64,000 bases of DNA, from the IMG/VR virus record IMGVR_UViG_3300033122_000343; one strand, 5' to 3'. Within the stretch, counting starts at the first letter, position 1, and each line of letters opens with the position of its first letter. Position numbers and translations under genes: made by a program. A model generated the notes under the pieces. That model made no database searches. It had not been told where the DNA came from and saw only the letters and a program-made list of their open reading frames with translations. The DNA is from a virus. Lineage: Duplodnaviria; Caudoviricetes. Shown here one piece after another: positions 50,067 to 59,399 of this stretch.

Positions 50067-51007
50067 TTGAATTCACACTCCACCATAATTTCAGTTAATG
50101 CTGCCAAAAGATTTATTTCTTGGTCAGCAACAAAGGCAGATTGATGCTGATACTTAGCAATGATAAGGACTGCTTCAGGAACAGATTGTGGTTTTAATGA
50201 AGAATACATCGTATCGTAAATCTTTCTTAAGACAACGTTAGTATCATTGTCTAAATTTTCTACAACCCACTTTCTTACATTTTGAAATTCTTTCTTTGAT
50301 AAAAATGTAATTAGTTGATTTATATTATTACCAGAAAGATCTACAAGACATCCAGAATCAATAGATCCACCACTTCCATGTCTTTGACATTCATTGAGGA
50401 TTCTACGCCAATCTGGAAAGTGTTTGTTGATAAGTTCTGCGAGGACTTTGTTGTCAGCGTTGCATCCCTCATTGTCAACAATTTCTTTGAGTCTGTTAAA
50501 AAATTTTGCTGCAATTTGTGGTTTATGTTTTTTATTGATGGCGAAGTCGATGACTGCACATCTGGAGTGGAGTGGTTCAATTATTTTGTTTTTGTAATTA
50601 CAGGTAAAAATGAATCTACAGTTCCCAGTGAACTCCTCAATACTCGCTCGCAAAAGGAGCTGTACATCGGGAGTGGTATTGTCTGCTTCATCAATGATGA
50701 TGACTTTGTGCTTCGCTTGACTCGTAATCGATACGGTGGATGCAAAGTTTTTTGCTTTATTACGGACGGTATCGAGGAATCTCCCTTCGTCTGATCCGTT
50801 AATGACATAAGAATCTACTCCTAACTCTGAACATAATGCCTTTGCTACTGTAGTTTTTCCAATACCTGGCGGTCCTGAAAGTAGCAAGTTTGGTATTTCG
50901 CCTTTATTTAGAAACTCTTTAAAAGTTTTCTTTGTGCTTTGAGGTAGGATACATTCATCAATACTTTTGGGTCTATACTTTTCGACCCAGATGAAATCAT
51001 CCCTCAT
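50063..51007 (-). CDS. gp44: Clamp loader large subunit (gp44)
   Basis: WVEKYRP, GPPGIGKT, IIDEAD, HSRC. Confidence 0.97.
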   Translation of the reverse strand: MRDDFIWVEKYRPKSIDECILPQSTKKTFKEFLNKGEIPNLLLSGPPGIGKTTVAKALCSELGVDSYVINGSDEGRFLDTVRNKAKNFASTVSITSQAKHKVIIIDEADNTTPDVQLLLRASIEEFTGNCRFIFTCNYKNKIIEPLHSRCAVIDFAINKKHKPQIAAKFFNRLKEIVDNEGCNADNKVLAELINKHFPDWRRILNECQRHGSGGSIDSGCLVDLSGNNINQLITFLSKKEFQNVRKWVVENLDNDTNVVLRKIYDTMYSSLKPQSVPEAVLIIAKYQHQSAFVADQEINLLAALTEIMVECEFK

Positions 51008-51698
51008 AAGTTGAGTCTGGTTCTAGTGCAATGTAATATGTAAGATTGAAATTTTCGTTTTCAAACTTAGATAATTTTTTTTCTGATATAGTTACTTGAT
51101 ATGTCCCTGTAATTAATTTAAGATTTTCAATTTTAAAATTAAAAGAAAAATTAGCATCAGTCTTACCGACGACAACGGAATGATCATTAGACGTTTGATT
51201 TTTTCTATCAGTAACAAGCAGTCTTATGGCACCGTCACCACCAACAACAGATAAATCTGGTAAACATAGTATTGCTGCTGCTTTTAATATCTTTTGTAAT
51301 TGTATTGCCTGTATAGTAAACGTTACTTCCTTTGACGGAAGTTCCATTTCTTTATCTGGAGGTGCAATAATTACACTAGGATCAGAAAAGAAATATTTGG
51401 AACGATTAAATTTTCCTTCTTTTATTGTAAGATAAGATTCGTTTGATATAACATCTACTTCTGGGTCATCATATAAATTCAGTGTATTTAAAAACTGTGG
51501 TAGATCGTAGATTGCAAAATCTTTTGGAATATGTTCTTCTATCTTTGCTTCTGCCAATACATTTTGCATTGGTGATATGGTACGCAGAGAGTTACCACTT
51601 TTAAAAGACAGTGACTGATTAATAGTTGTAAAATTTTGCAGGACTTTTACAGTTTTATCAGACAATTTCATATTTGGTCTCAATTTCAAAATCCCCAT
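50997..51698 (-). CDS. gp45: Sliding clamp (gp45)
   Basis: NFTTINQS, FAIYDL, YYIALEPDS; alternative start at 51671. Confidence 0.95.
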   Translation of the reverse strand: MGILKLRPNMKLSDKTVKVLQNFTTINQSLSFKSGNSLRTISPMQNVLAEAKIEEHIPKDFAIYDLPQFLNTLNLYDDPEVDVISNESYLTIKEGKFNRSKYFFSDPSVIIAPPDKEMELPSKEVTFTIQAIQLQKILKAAAILCLPDLSVVGGDGAIRLLVTDRKNQTSNDHSVVVGKTDANFSFNFKIENLKLITGTYQVTISEKKLSKFENENFNLTYYIALEPDSTYEG

Positions 51699-51744
51699 AG
51701 TTATATTACTTACTTACTCTAGCAGCGTTATAATAATAAAACAA

Positions 51745-51819
51745 CTAGGAGTATACCAAACTAGTAGGATTAATATAAATGTATAGAAAAATAATAGATG
51801 AGAATAATAGATGGTTCAT
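51745..51819 (-). CDS. Putative 24-aa hydrophobic micropeptide
   Basis: MNHLLFSSIIFLYIYINPTSLVYS; ATGA overlap with the upstream gene. Confidence 0.45.
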   Translation of the reverse strand: MNHLLFSSIIFLYIYINPTSLVYS

Positions 51820-51989
51820 GTCGGTGCCATAATGGGTATTGCTTTTCCACCATCACTACCGTCATCGTCATCATCACTACCAAACAATCTAAGGATATAT
51901 TCAATAGTGATGAGTCCTATGATAGGGTATATAACCCATAGGAATGCGGTAAGAGGTGATATTTCATTAACTGCTGAGAGTTCTGACAT
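51816..51989 (-). CDS. Small single-TM protein with poly-Asp tail (57 aa)
   Basis: MSELSAVNEISPLTAFLWVIYPIIGLITIEYILRLFGSDDDDDGSDGG...; TAATG overlap with hli. Confidence 0.75.
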   Translation of the reverse strand: MSELSAVNEISPLTAFLWVIYPIIGLITIEYILRLFGSDDDDDGSDGGKAIPIMAPT

Positions 51990-52114
51990 TAAAACATGCC
52001 GAAGAACATATGACCAGTTAATATATCTGATGTTGCTGCTGCAACTAAACCAAGCATTGCTAATCTTCCGTTAAGTTTTTCAGCAAATACTTTTTGATCT
52101 TCTAATTTTTTCAT
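51989..52114 (-). CDS. hli: High-light inducible protein (41 aa)
   Basis: AEKLNGRLAMLG. Confidence 0.93.
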   Translation of the reverse strand: MKKLEDQKVFAEKLNGRLAMLGLVAAATSDILTGHMFFGMF

Positions 52115-52221
52115 TAGAAAATACCAGGAATTATTTGACCAGTTGTGACGTATGCTCCAACTGCTGCTACGAAACCGAGCATTGCTGCCCATCCGTTAAA
52201 TCTTTCTGCTTCAGGTGTCAT
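52114..52221 (-). CDS. hli: High-light inducible protein (35 aa)
   Basis: Manual translation MTPEAERFNGWAAMLGFVAAVGAYVTTGQIIPGIF. Confidence 0.95.
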   Translation of the reverse strand: MTPEAERFNGWAAMLGFVAAVGAYVTTGQIIPGIF

Positions 52222-52406
52222 TAGAAAATACCAGGAATAAGTTGACCAGTTGTAATATATGCTCCTAAACCAGAAACAATACCAATCATTGCTAATTGAC
52301 CGTTTACTCTTTCTGCGTTTACGAAGTAGTTCTCCTCAATTAAATCTACAGGTGGTTCAGTTGGGAACATGTTTTGACGACCACCAGTCTCAGTTGTTAC
52401 TGTCAT
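52221..52406 (-). CDS. hli: High-light inducible protein (61 aa)
   Basis: GGRQNMF, AERVNGQLAMIG, TGQLIPGIF. Confidence 0.95.
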   Translation of the reverse strand: MTVTTETGGRQNMFPTEPPVDLIEENYFVNAERVNGQLAMIGIVSGLGAYITTGQLIPGIF

Positions 52407-52414
52407 GAAGTTTT

Positions 52415-52461
52415 GTTAAGAACTGTTACATTATTATATAGCATTTGTAAACTTTTGTAAA
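52415..52461. promoter_or_regulatory. hli promoter with HLR1 (RpaB-type) direct repeats
   Basis: TTTACAAA-AG-TTTACAAA (minus, 52461-52444) and GTTAAGAA-CT-GTTACATT (plus, 52415-52432) flanking TATAAT. Confidence 0.7.
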
Positions 52462-52464
52462 CAC

Positions 52465-52490
52465 AAAAAAAGAGGTGCTATTCGCACCTC
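52465..52490 (-). terminator. Intrinsic terminator of the outer-membrane barrel gene
   Basis: GAGGTGC-GAATA-GCACCTC followed by T7. Confidence 0.9.
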
Positions 52491-52514
52491 CTGACAATCT
52501 GCTATGCAATAAAG

Positions 52515-52874
52515 TTAGAACTTGTACTTTACTCCAGTTTTGAACTCGTACTTGTTGTCGCCACCATCATTTGATTCATATTTGATGGATGCTTTAGCAC
52601 CAACTGAATCTGTGATAGGGAAACCTACACCAGAAGCAATGAAGAATTCTGTTTCTGAATCTCCACCATCTGCTACTGTTGTAACAGGACCACCTTCTAC
52701 AAAGTACTTAGTAGTACCAACTTTACCTTCGTAACCGAGACTTGCTTCAAATTCGGTTGAAGAGTAGTCAGAACCTGTCCACTTTGATTTTGTGTCGATA
52801 CCGACGTAAGGACCTGCTAATACAGGTGCTGAGAATGCAGAGACTGCTGCTACTGCTAAGAGTGATTTAATCAT
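52515..52874 (-). CDS. Small outer-membrane beta-barrel (porin-like) protein
   Basis: Signal MIKSLLAVAAVSAFSAPVLA, amphipathic strands, terminal GVKYKF. Confidence 0.8.
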   Translation of the reverse strand: MIKSLLAVAAVSAFSAPVLAGPYVGIDTKSKWTGSDYSSTEFEASLGYEGKVGTTKYFVEGGPVTTVADGGDSETEFFIASGVGFPITDSVGAKASIKYESNDGGDNKYEFKTGVKYKF

Positions 52875-52884
52875 TTTTGTTTTA

Positions 52885-52975
52885 GTATCTCGCAAGAAAA
52901 AATCCTGCGGATGTTAGACCTCCCCGACATGGAAGTCTTTTTATCTACGCAGGGTTACGATCTTTCGAGTCCTTT
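52885..52975 (-). ncRNA. Structured 5' leader of the barrel gene
   Basis: CCUGCG/CGCAGG outer stem, AGACUUCC/GGAGGUCU inner stem, UCU-UGCG-AGA hairpin. Confidence 0.55.
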
Positions 52976-52982
52976 GTGATGG

Positions 52983-52990
52983 TATTTATA
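52983..52990 (-). promoter_or_regulatory. T4-type late promoter
   Basis: Exact TATAAATA. Confidence 0.75.
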
Positions 52991-53236
52991 GCACCAATTG
53001 GTGTAAATAAATACAAATTGTGTTGATATCACAGCACCTACCTTCCTTGTCAAATTGAACTAAATGTTGATAGTGCTACAACATTTAATTCCAATAATAA
53101 AAATAGGTTGGTCAAGGTGCCGTGATTGTCTATATCTTTTGTAGGTTAGAATTCATATCGGATTTATATGAATCTGACTTAACTATTTTGATATAAACAG
53201 TAGAAGTACTATATCATATAAAAAAATTAAAAGTGG

Positions 53237-54946
53237 TTATGTTAAATATGAAAATCCTTTTTCTTTTTTAAATTCAAGCACAGTCTCAAATTTGTCATGC
53301 AATTCATTCTTATGTGAGATAACAAATATATTTGCATCCTTTACAACAAAACGAATAATTTTCATAAATTCATCAGTGCCATAACTATCAAGCGAAGAAT
53401 CAAAAACCTCATCCATAATTAATAAATTTGTCGCAACACTATTTTTTAATCTAGCAATTTCTCTCCATGTAAAAAGTAGTGATAGATCAATTCTCATTTT
53501 TTCACCTTCACTAAAAGAAGGATATGAAAACTTTTCGTGAATTGGTGATTCTACTTTTTCATTAAACTCTGTATCAAACGAAAAATTAATATAGAAATCC
53601 ATCATTTGTAGATATCTATTTACTTGTTGATTAATCAGAGGTAGATATTTCTTAATGATGGAACTCTTTACACCATCATCTTTAAGTAATTTATTTGCTT
53701 GAAGATAGTAGTTATAATCTTCTTTTACTTTATCATAATCTTTTAGAATATCTCTTAGATCTTTTTTATACTCACTTAATTTCTCATATTCAGAATTTGT
53801 ATCTTGAGTGCGGTTGGCAACATTTTGAATTTCTTGTTCAAGTACGTTTCGTTGCTTATTGGATTCAGAAATGCGAACATTAATCTGAGAAATTTCATTC
53901 TGGATTTTAGTAATCTTTCTTTGGCAGTTGTTGTATAAACTCTCTCTGCCTTCCTCTTCTGATATTTTAATATCTATCTCAGAAATATTATTTCCGTGAT
54001 TTTTTAAAGATTCTGAAAGTTGTTCAAGTTTATTTATTCTGAATTTTTCTTGAATTGCTTGTGTACATGTAGGGCATTCTTTATTGTTTTCAAAAAAATG
54101 TATTACTTGTGTAACATTTTTTTTCTTACTTTCAATTTTAGTTTTGAAATTAACTAACTTTTTTATCATAGCAGTTGCAGAAAGGTTACTCTTTGCCTGT
54201 TCATTCCAATCATTTAGTTCGGCCTTGCACTTTTCAATCTGAAAATTAAAATCAACAATATTGTTTTCAATAAATTTTATCTTTTTTTCCTTGTCATCTA
54301 TATCAGTTTTTGTTGATCTTTCTACGGATTCAATAAATTTTTTTTGCATAACAATTTTGTCACCAAAATTTTCTTTTTTCATTTCTAATATTTTTATTTT
54401 ATCTCTACTATCTTTAATCTTTTGCTTCAGTATGTCTGACATAGAGGTAAAAACTTTTATGTCAAGCAAGTCTTCAATGACCTCTCTCCTGTGAGGAGAT
54501 GACAACTGCATAAAAGGTATGTAACCTGCACTTCCTATAATAACTATCTGTGTAAATGATTTAAAATTTAATTTTAATATCTGTTGCTCTAATGTTTTTT
54601 GTTGATCTATAGCAGATGCATCTTCATTTAATTTTTTGCCCTTTCGATAGATCTCAAATATAGATGGTTTGAATCCTCTTTTTACTTTATATTGAATTTT
54701 ATTAATATCAAAATCTATTTCAACTAAACAATCTTTATCATTTTGTGAATTTACTATTTGACTTTTAGTAATTTTTCTAAAAGGTCTATTGAACAATGAA
54801 AAACATAAAGCATCGAGCATTGTGCTTTTGCCTGAACCGTTATCGCCAACAATTATATTAGTTCTCTGTTTATTCAAAGGTATCTCTATAAATTGATTAC
54901 CAGTTGATAAAAAATTTTTATAACGAAGATGTTTAAAGGTCAGCAT
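53237..54946 (-). CDS. gp46: Recombination ATPase subunit (gp46, Rad50/SbcC-like)
   Basis: GDNGSGKS, CPTC hook, FSEGEK, IMDE. Confidence 0.97.
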   Translation of the reverse strand: MLTFKHLRYKNFLSTGNQFIEIPLNKQRTNIIVGDNGSGKSTMLDALCFSLFNRPFRKITKSQIVNSQNDKDCLVEIDFDINKIQYKVKRGFKPSIFEIYRKGKKLNEDASAIDQQKTLEQQILKLNFKSFTQIVIIGSAGYIPFMQLSSPHRREVIEDLLDIKVFTSMSDILKQKIKDSRDKIKILEMKKENFGDKIVMQKKFIESVERSTKTDIDDKEKKIKFIENNIVDFNFQIEKCKAELNDWNEQAKSNLSATAMIKKLVNFKTKIESKKKNVTQVIHFFENNKECPTCTQAIQEKFRINKLEQLSESLKNHGNNISEIDIKISEEEGRESLYNNCQRKITKIQNEISQINVRISESNKQRNVLEQEIQNVANRTQDTNSEYEKLSEYKKDLRDILKDYDKVKEDYNYYLQANKLLKDDGVKSSIIKKYLPLINQQVNRYLQMMDFYINFSFDTEFNEKVESPIHEKFSYPSFSEGEKMRIDLSLLFTWREIARLKNSVATNLLIMDEVFDSSLDSYGTDEFMKIIRFVVKDANIFVISHKNELHDKFETVLEFKKEKGFSYLT

Positions 54947-55215
54947 TAATAATTAGTTAGTTCATCAGGTGGCACAACTATATCTTCAGGTGTGATTATC
55001 GCCCACTTAGTTTGTGTTTCATTAAGGGCAGCAATGGCTACCATATCATCGAGTTCTACAACCTTCATTGTAGGGTTTCCTTCGCTTTCTAGCAATAACG
55101 CATATCTTTCAGCATCATCTCTTTCATCAAAACAAAACACAACTTTTTCATTATCGTCATCTCTAACGGCATAAGCACCATCTTTTTCATTTTCTTTCAT
55201 TGCAATTACATACAT
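54946..55215 (-). CDS. Conserved hypothetical protein between gp46 and gp47
   Basis: GAYAV, DDAERYA, IITPEDIVVPP. Confidence 0.8.
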   Translation of the reverse strand: MYVIAMKENEKDGAYAVRDDDNEKVVFCFDERDDAERYALLLESEGNPTMKVVELDDMVAIAALNETQTKWAIITPEDIVVPPDELTNY

Positions 55216-56258
55216 TACATTACCTCGCATGCTTCGTGATAGATTTTTTTAACTATATTTTTTATCCTTGGTTTATGTAGGTTAGTTTCAAGGTCATCAA
55301 CATACTTATCAAGTAATGTCATAGTGTCTTCAGTTGTATCAACTATTGCATCATCAAAATCTAAAAGAGGATCTATTTTTTCTACTATTTTGATATCATA
55401 CGGATTAGAAAATTGTAATGCTTCCATAAACTTGTCATATTCTTTTTCATTTGATTTTTTCTTTATTATAATTTTTACTATTTTTTGTTTATATTTTAAA
55501 AAATTATGTAATTGTCGTGGTGTGTCGTCATATTTAATAACTTTGTACATAGTGAAAGGATTATTAATTACTTCTAGTTCTAGTGTTTCTGTATCAAATA
55601 TATGGAAACCCCTTTTATCTCCTACATCGTTCCAAAATAATTCATATGGATTACCTAGATAAAAAATTCTACCATCATTAGATCTCGTATGATAATGACC
55701 TGAAAAAACACGATCAAATTTTAAAAAAGGTTCTATATCATGGCCTTCATCCATACAATATCCATGATGTGCATAGAAACCATTGAGTTCTAAATGTCCC
55801 ATTGATATTTTTGCTTTTGATTTCTCAATCATTTCCTTAGTAAGATCCATATTTTCAGGAGTTATCCAAGGAACAAATAATATATCTCTACCTCCTACAT
55901 TAATTTCCTCTGGATCAACCACAATTCGTATATTGCTATATTCTCGTAAGAGAAGATCAATAGTGTTAACGCAGTTAGTGTTTTTATAGAAAGCGGTATG
56001 ATTACCAACAATTGAGATAAGAGATATATTGCGATCTCGTAAGGGATTAAACCAATTCTTCTGAGACCAATCCAAGGAATATAAATCAATGCCTTTACGA
56101 TTATCAAAAGTATCCCCAAGGTCGAGCACAGTGTTGATTCCACGTTCCTGTATAGTTGGAAAAAAGGTTTCTTCATAAAACTTTTGAAAATATTCGTGAA
56201 ACAATTTAGATCCTTTTTTAAATCCAAAGTGTTGATCAGTAATAATTGCAACTTTCAT
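55215..56258 (-). CDS. gp47: Recombination nuclease subunit (gp47, Mre11/SbcD-like)
   Basis: TDQHFG, LGDTFD, VGNH, SGHYH. Confidence 0.97.
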   Translation of the reverse strand: MKVAIITDQHFGFKKGSKLFHEYFQKFYEETFFPTIQERGINTVLDLGDTFDNRKGIDLYSLDWSQKNWFNPLRDRNISLISIVGNHTAFYKNTNCVNTIDLLLREYSNIRIVVDPEEINVGGRDILFVPWITPENMDLTKEMIEKSKAKISMGHLELNGFYAHHGYCMDEGHDIEPFLKFDRVFSGHYHTRSNDGRIFYLGNPYELFWNDVGDKRGFHIFDTETLELEVINNPFTMYKVIKYDDTPRQLHNFLKYKQKIVKIIIKKKSNEKEYDKFMEALQFSNPYDIKIVEKIDPLLDFDDAIVDTTEDTMTLLDKYVDDLETNLHKPRIKNIVKKIYHEACEVM

Positions 56259-56446
56259 TTAGGATTTTTTGGATATAATTTTGATATTTTTTTTTGACGT
56301 AGTTCTTCTTTTTTCCTTCTTGCTTCTACTTCTTCGTCCCACCATTTGACTGGCCAACGATTAAGTTTTAAAGCAGCAACCCATAATTTCTTACGAGGAA
56401 GACGAAAGTATTTCCTTATTATATATTGGAGAGAGAATAATTTCAT
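56255..56446 (-). CDS. Small basic hypothetical protein
   Basis: ATGA overlaps on both sides. Confidence 0.7.
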   Translation of the reverse strand: MKLFSLQYIIRKYFRLPRKKLWVAALKLNRWPVKWWDEEVEARRKKEELRQKKISKLYPKNPK

Positions 56447-56916
56447 CTTCTATTGTTATTTTTATATTGAACTGCATCTTTAATAGAATTATATGCTGCA
56501 TAATTATCTTTGTCATCACTTGACATTACCTCATCAAAAGAGGATCTCTCAATAATTTTTTGTTTTATCTCTAATTGTCTTTTTTCTTTTTGTATCCTTC
56601 TTAAAAATGCATAGTATATTATTTGTGTGAAATATGCAAAGGGGTTAGAAGATTTTTCTGGATTAAAATTACTAATATACTGAACACAGTTCTCAATCGA
56701 ATCACATATCATATCATCCTTAAACATATAGTTAACAAAATTAGGTTTAAAGGACAAATGAGTTGCGATTTTTAAAAAACACTCACCAAGGTAATTTGTA
56801 ATTCTGGGTTTTGGTTTTCCTAAACGTTCTGCTTCACTTACAGAATTTTTATAATCAATTATTGCAGCAAGAAATTCTTTGTTATTAACGTAATGATCTG
56901 GCCTTTTCTTTGGCAT
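56443..56916 (-). CDS. gp55: Late-transcription sigma factor (gp55)
   Basis: HYVNNKEF, NPFAYFTQI, AFLRRIQKEK. Confidence 0.96.
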   Translation of the reverse strand: MPKKRPDHYVNNKEFLAAIIDYKNSVSEAERLGKPKPRITNYLGECFLKIATHLSFKPNFVNYMFKDDMICDSIENCVQYISNFNPEKSSNPFAYFTQIIYYAFLRRIQKEKRQLEIKQKIIERSSFDEVMSSDDKDNYAAYNSIKDAVQYKNNNRR

Positions 56917-56973
56917 TTATCTCTGTAATTTAGATGAGTTCTATGATTCACTTTTATAATAATATATGTCTTA

Positions 56974-57015
56974 ATTGTAACACAGCTTGACAGTGTAGGC
57001 AACAAGCAGTACAAT
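56974..57015. promoter_or_regulatory. Overlapping divergent sigma70-type promoters
   Basis: Plus: TTGACA-17-TACAAT (56987-57015); minus: TTGCCT-17-TACAAT (57002-56974). Confidence 0.7.
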
Positions 57016-57042
57016 AACCTTGTGAGGTTTGGAAGGATAAAT

Positions 57043-57531
57043 TTAAGTATCTTTACTATCTTTAGTATCCTTAGAGTCCTTCTCGAAAGACTTGTTCCTG
57101 AAAGACTTTTCTAAAAGCAATCTTGCTTTCTTTACAGAACTAATATATCCCATTTTCTTACTAACTTCGGAGTGCTCATGCTCGTCATCCATCGCCGTCC
57201 AACCTCTTGAAATCAGATTTCTATAGGTTTTTATAATATGTTTGTTAGTGATCTCTGATATTGTAACAATCTTGTCAGTGTTTATAACATAAGTCTCATC
57301 TGTACTCATTTTCATCCAAGGTTCAAATTTATATCCCATAGGAATATTACTTCCAGATGCCTTTATCTCTTTACAAATAACTGGATTCTCAACAACGACT
57401 TGATCTCTTTCTTTTTTATCAATCACAACAAGGGCAAGCACTTCTTCTCCAGTAATAAGTTTTATTGTTGCATAAAACTCATCATAAGTTTCTATGTTAT
57501 TTTTTTCCGAATCCGAGTTGGATGATTTCAT
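57043..57531 (-). CDS. Conserved hypothetical protein downstream of uvsW
   Basis: YATIKLITGEEV, PWMK, MGYISSV; start uncertain. Confidence 0.8.
   Translation of the reverse strand: MKSSNSDSEKNNIETYDEFYATIKLITGEEVLALVVIDKKERDQVVVENPVICKEIKASGSNIPMGYKFEPWMKMSTDETYVINTDKIVTISEITNKHIIKTYRNLISRGWTAMDDEHEHSEVSKKMGYISSVKKARLLLEKSFRNKSFEKDSKDTKDSKDT
57047..57082. repeat. Four degenerate 9-nt tandem repeats
   Basis: gtatcttta ctatcttta gtatcctta gagtccttc, encoding KDSKDTKDSKDT. Confidence 0.8.
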
Positions 57532-58954
57532 AATTAAACTTTTCCTCGTTGTAGTACTTGATTCTTTCAATCAAATGATTCAAAGTGTAGTTTTGCTTTG
57601 AACCTTTTTTACAATCATCAGCAATATCATAAAGAGTTGCTTTTACTTTTGCATCACCTTTTCTTAAAACTCTTCCTATAGATTGAAGAGTTCTAATACG
57701 AGATTTACTGGGAGAAGAAAAAACAACATTATGTAAATTTTTGATGTTGATTCCAGTAGAGAAAGTTCCAAAAGAAGCAACAATGATTGCATCGTTTTCA
57801 GATTCTACAATCTCTCTTACGGTTTCTCTTTCCTCTGTGTCCACTCCACCGTGAACAAAAAAAACTCGTTTACTATTTGTATTTAGCAAGTCAAAAAGGA
57901 CTTGACCATGTGTAGCAACCCTACTATAAAGAACTAATGTATTACCTTTTAAGTCGTGAACAAGGTTCTTAATAAATTTATTTCTACGTTCATGAGAAAT
58001 TAAATATTTTATTTCGTCCTCATACACTTCAAATTCTTGTGGATCATGCTTAAGTATTAAAACTTTTATATTTAACTTTGCAAGATATCCTGCTTCTTGT
58101 AAATTTTTTGTGTTTACTATTTTATATGAAGAACCAAACAATCCTTCCAATACCCATTTATGAGTTTGACTTCCATCTAATGTTCCAGTAAAACCGTATC
58201 TATATTTTGCTCCGTCTAATTTTGTCATGATACTCATCAAAGACTTTGATTTGAATTGATGAGCCTCATCACCTATCACACATGAAAAGTTTCTAAACCA
58301 TTTTTTATCTTGTTTATATAATGACTGCCATGTTGATATTATGACTGGTGCTTTTGAAAATAAATCTTTACCAGCATAGATGCGGTGGCAGTTGGTCTTA
58401 ACATCCCATCCATATTCATAAAAGTCTTTATACATCTGCTCCACGAGAGAAGTTGTTGGCACAACTATCAAAACTTTTTTATTTTGCTCTGCATGGTATC
58501 TACTTAGTGCGTATATCATTAATGATTTACCACTACCAGTTGGTGAAACAATTAACCTTCTATTGCATTTAAGTGCATCATAAATGCCTTCTATTTGATA
58601 ATCTCTTGGTTTAAAATTTGTAATTTTATTGATATATTCTTTTACTCCTTCATAGGAAACCATATCATTCTCTTCATATGGCAACCCAAAAAATTTACTA
58701 TTCTCAAACTCAAAAGAGTAGTCATACTCTTCACAAAAGGTTTGTATTCTGTGTATTAATCCTGCGTATATTTCTCCTTTATTTAAATTAAATAACTTTA
58801 TCTTACCGTCCCAATACTTATTTCTGTATTGAGGCATGAATTTTGCACCTTCTACATCAAAACTAAATCTATCTGCAAGTTCGTATTTAATATGTGGTTC
58901 ACAATCTACCTTCAAATAAACTTCATTCTTCTTTGATATAGTGAGATCAGCCAT
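57497..58954 (-). CDS. uvsW: RNA-DNA/DNA helicase UvsW
   Basis: PTGSGKS, GDEAH, TGT, QSIGRVLR. Confidence 0.96.
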   Translation of the reverse strand: MADLTISKKNEVYLKVDCEPHIKYELADRFSFDVEGAKFMPQYRNKYWDGKIKLFNLNKGEIYAGLIHRIQTFCEEYDYSFEFENSKFFGLPYEENDMVSYEGVKEYINKITNFKPRDYQIEGIYDALKCNRRLIVSPTGSGKSLMIYALSRYHAEQNKKVLIVVPTTSLVEQMYKDFYEYGWDVKTNCHRIYAGKDLFSKAPVIISTWQSLYKQDKKWFRNFSCVIGDEAHQFKSKSLMSIMTKLDGAKYRYGFTGTLDGSQTHKWVLEGLFGSSYKIVNTKNLQEAGYLAKLNIKVLILKHDPQEFEVYEDEIKYLISHERRNKFIKNLVHDLKGNTLVLYSRVATHGQVLFDLLNTNSKRVFFVHGGVDTEERETVREIVESENDAIIVASFGTFSTGINIKNLHNVVFSSPSKSRIRTLQSIGRVLRKGDAKVKATLYDIADDCKKGSKQNYTLNHLIERIKYYNEEKFNYEIIQLGFGKK

Positions 58955-59399
58955 AACCAGCAGTGAATCTTCTCCATTCAATAGCATTTTTTATTTGATA
59001 AGTTCTATTTGAAATCTGTTTAAGAATTTCTTCACAAAACTTAAGTGTCATATCGTAGTATTCAATTTTTAATTTTACTTTGGATAATCTTTCGTCTGCT
59101 TCGAGATAAATTTTTAAATCATCTTTATCTCTGATTTTATAAGGAAAAGGTTCCTCTTTGTATATGTCAGCAGACGCTTTACCCATGTAAAACTTTCTAC
59201 GATCTAACAAAATAGTATTATATTGTTGCGACGCAGTTTTGCGTAGAACTAATACTGTATTATATATGTCGTAATATTTTGAGTGAAGAGTTGGTATCTT
59301 GAGAGACTCAGTATCTAGTTCATCTTGATTCATTGAAGAATCTTTCTTCCACATTTCTTGAATTAATTCAAGTGAAAAACTAGACTTCTTCTCCTTCAA
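58947..59399 (-). CDS. uvsY: Recombination mediator UvsY
   Basis: KIPTLHSKY, RTYQIKNAIEW. Confidence 0.92.
   Translation of the reverse strand: MKEKKSSFSLELIQEMWKKDSSMNQDELDTESLKIPTLHSKYYDIYNTVLVLRKTASQQYNTILLDRRKFYMGKASADIYKEEPFPYKIRDKDDLKIYLEADERLSKVKLKIEYYDMTLKFCEEILKQISNRTYQIKNAIEWRRFTAGYG

Noticed and set aside
51989-52192. 67-aa ORF as given in the track
   Set aside because: Its N-terminal part is an out-of-frame read of the 35-aa hli; the true start is 52114
53019-53033. CRP/NtcA-like site TGTGTTGATATCACA
   Set aside because: Spacing fits neither TGTGA-N6-TCACA nor GTA-N8-TAC
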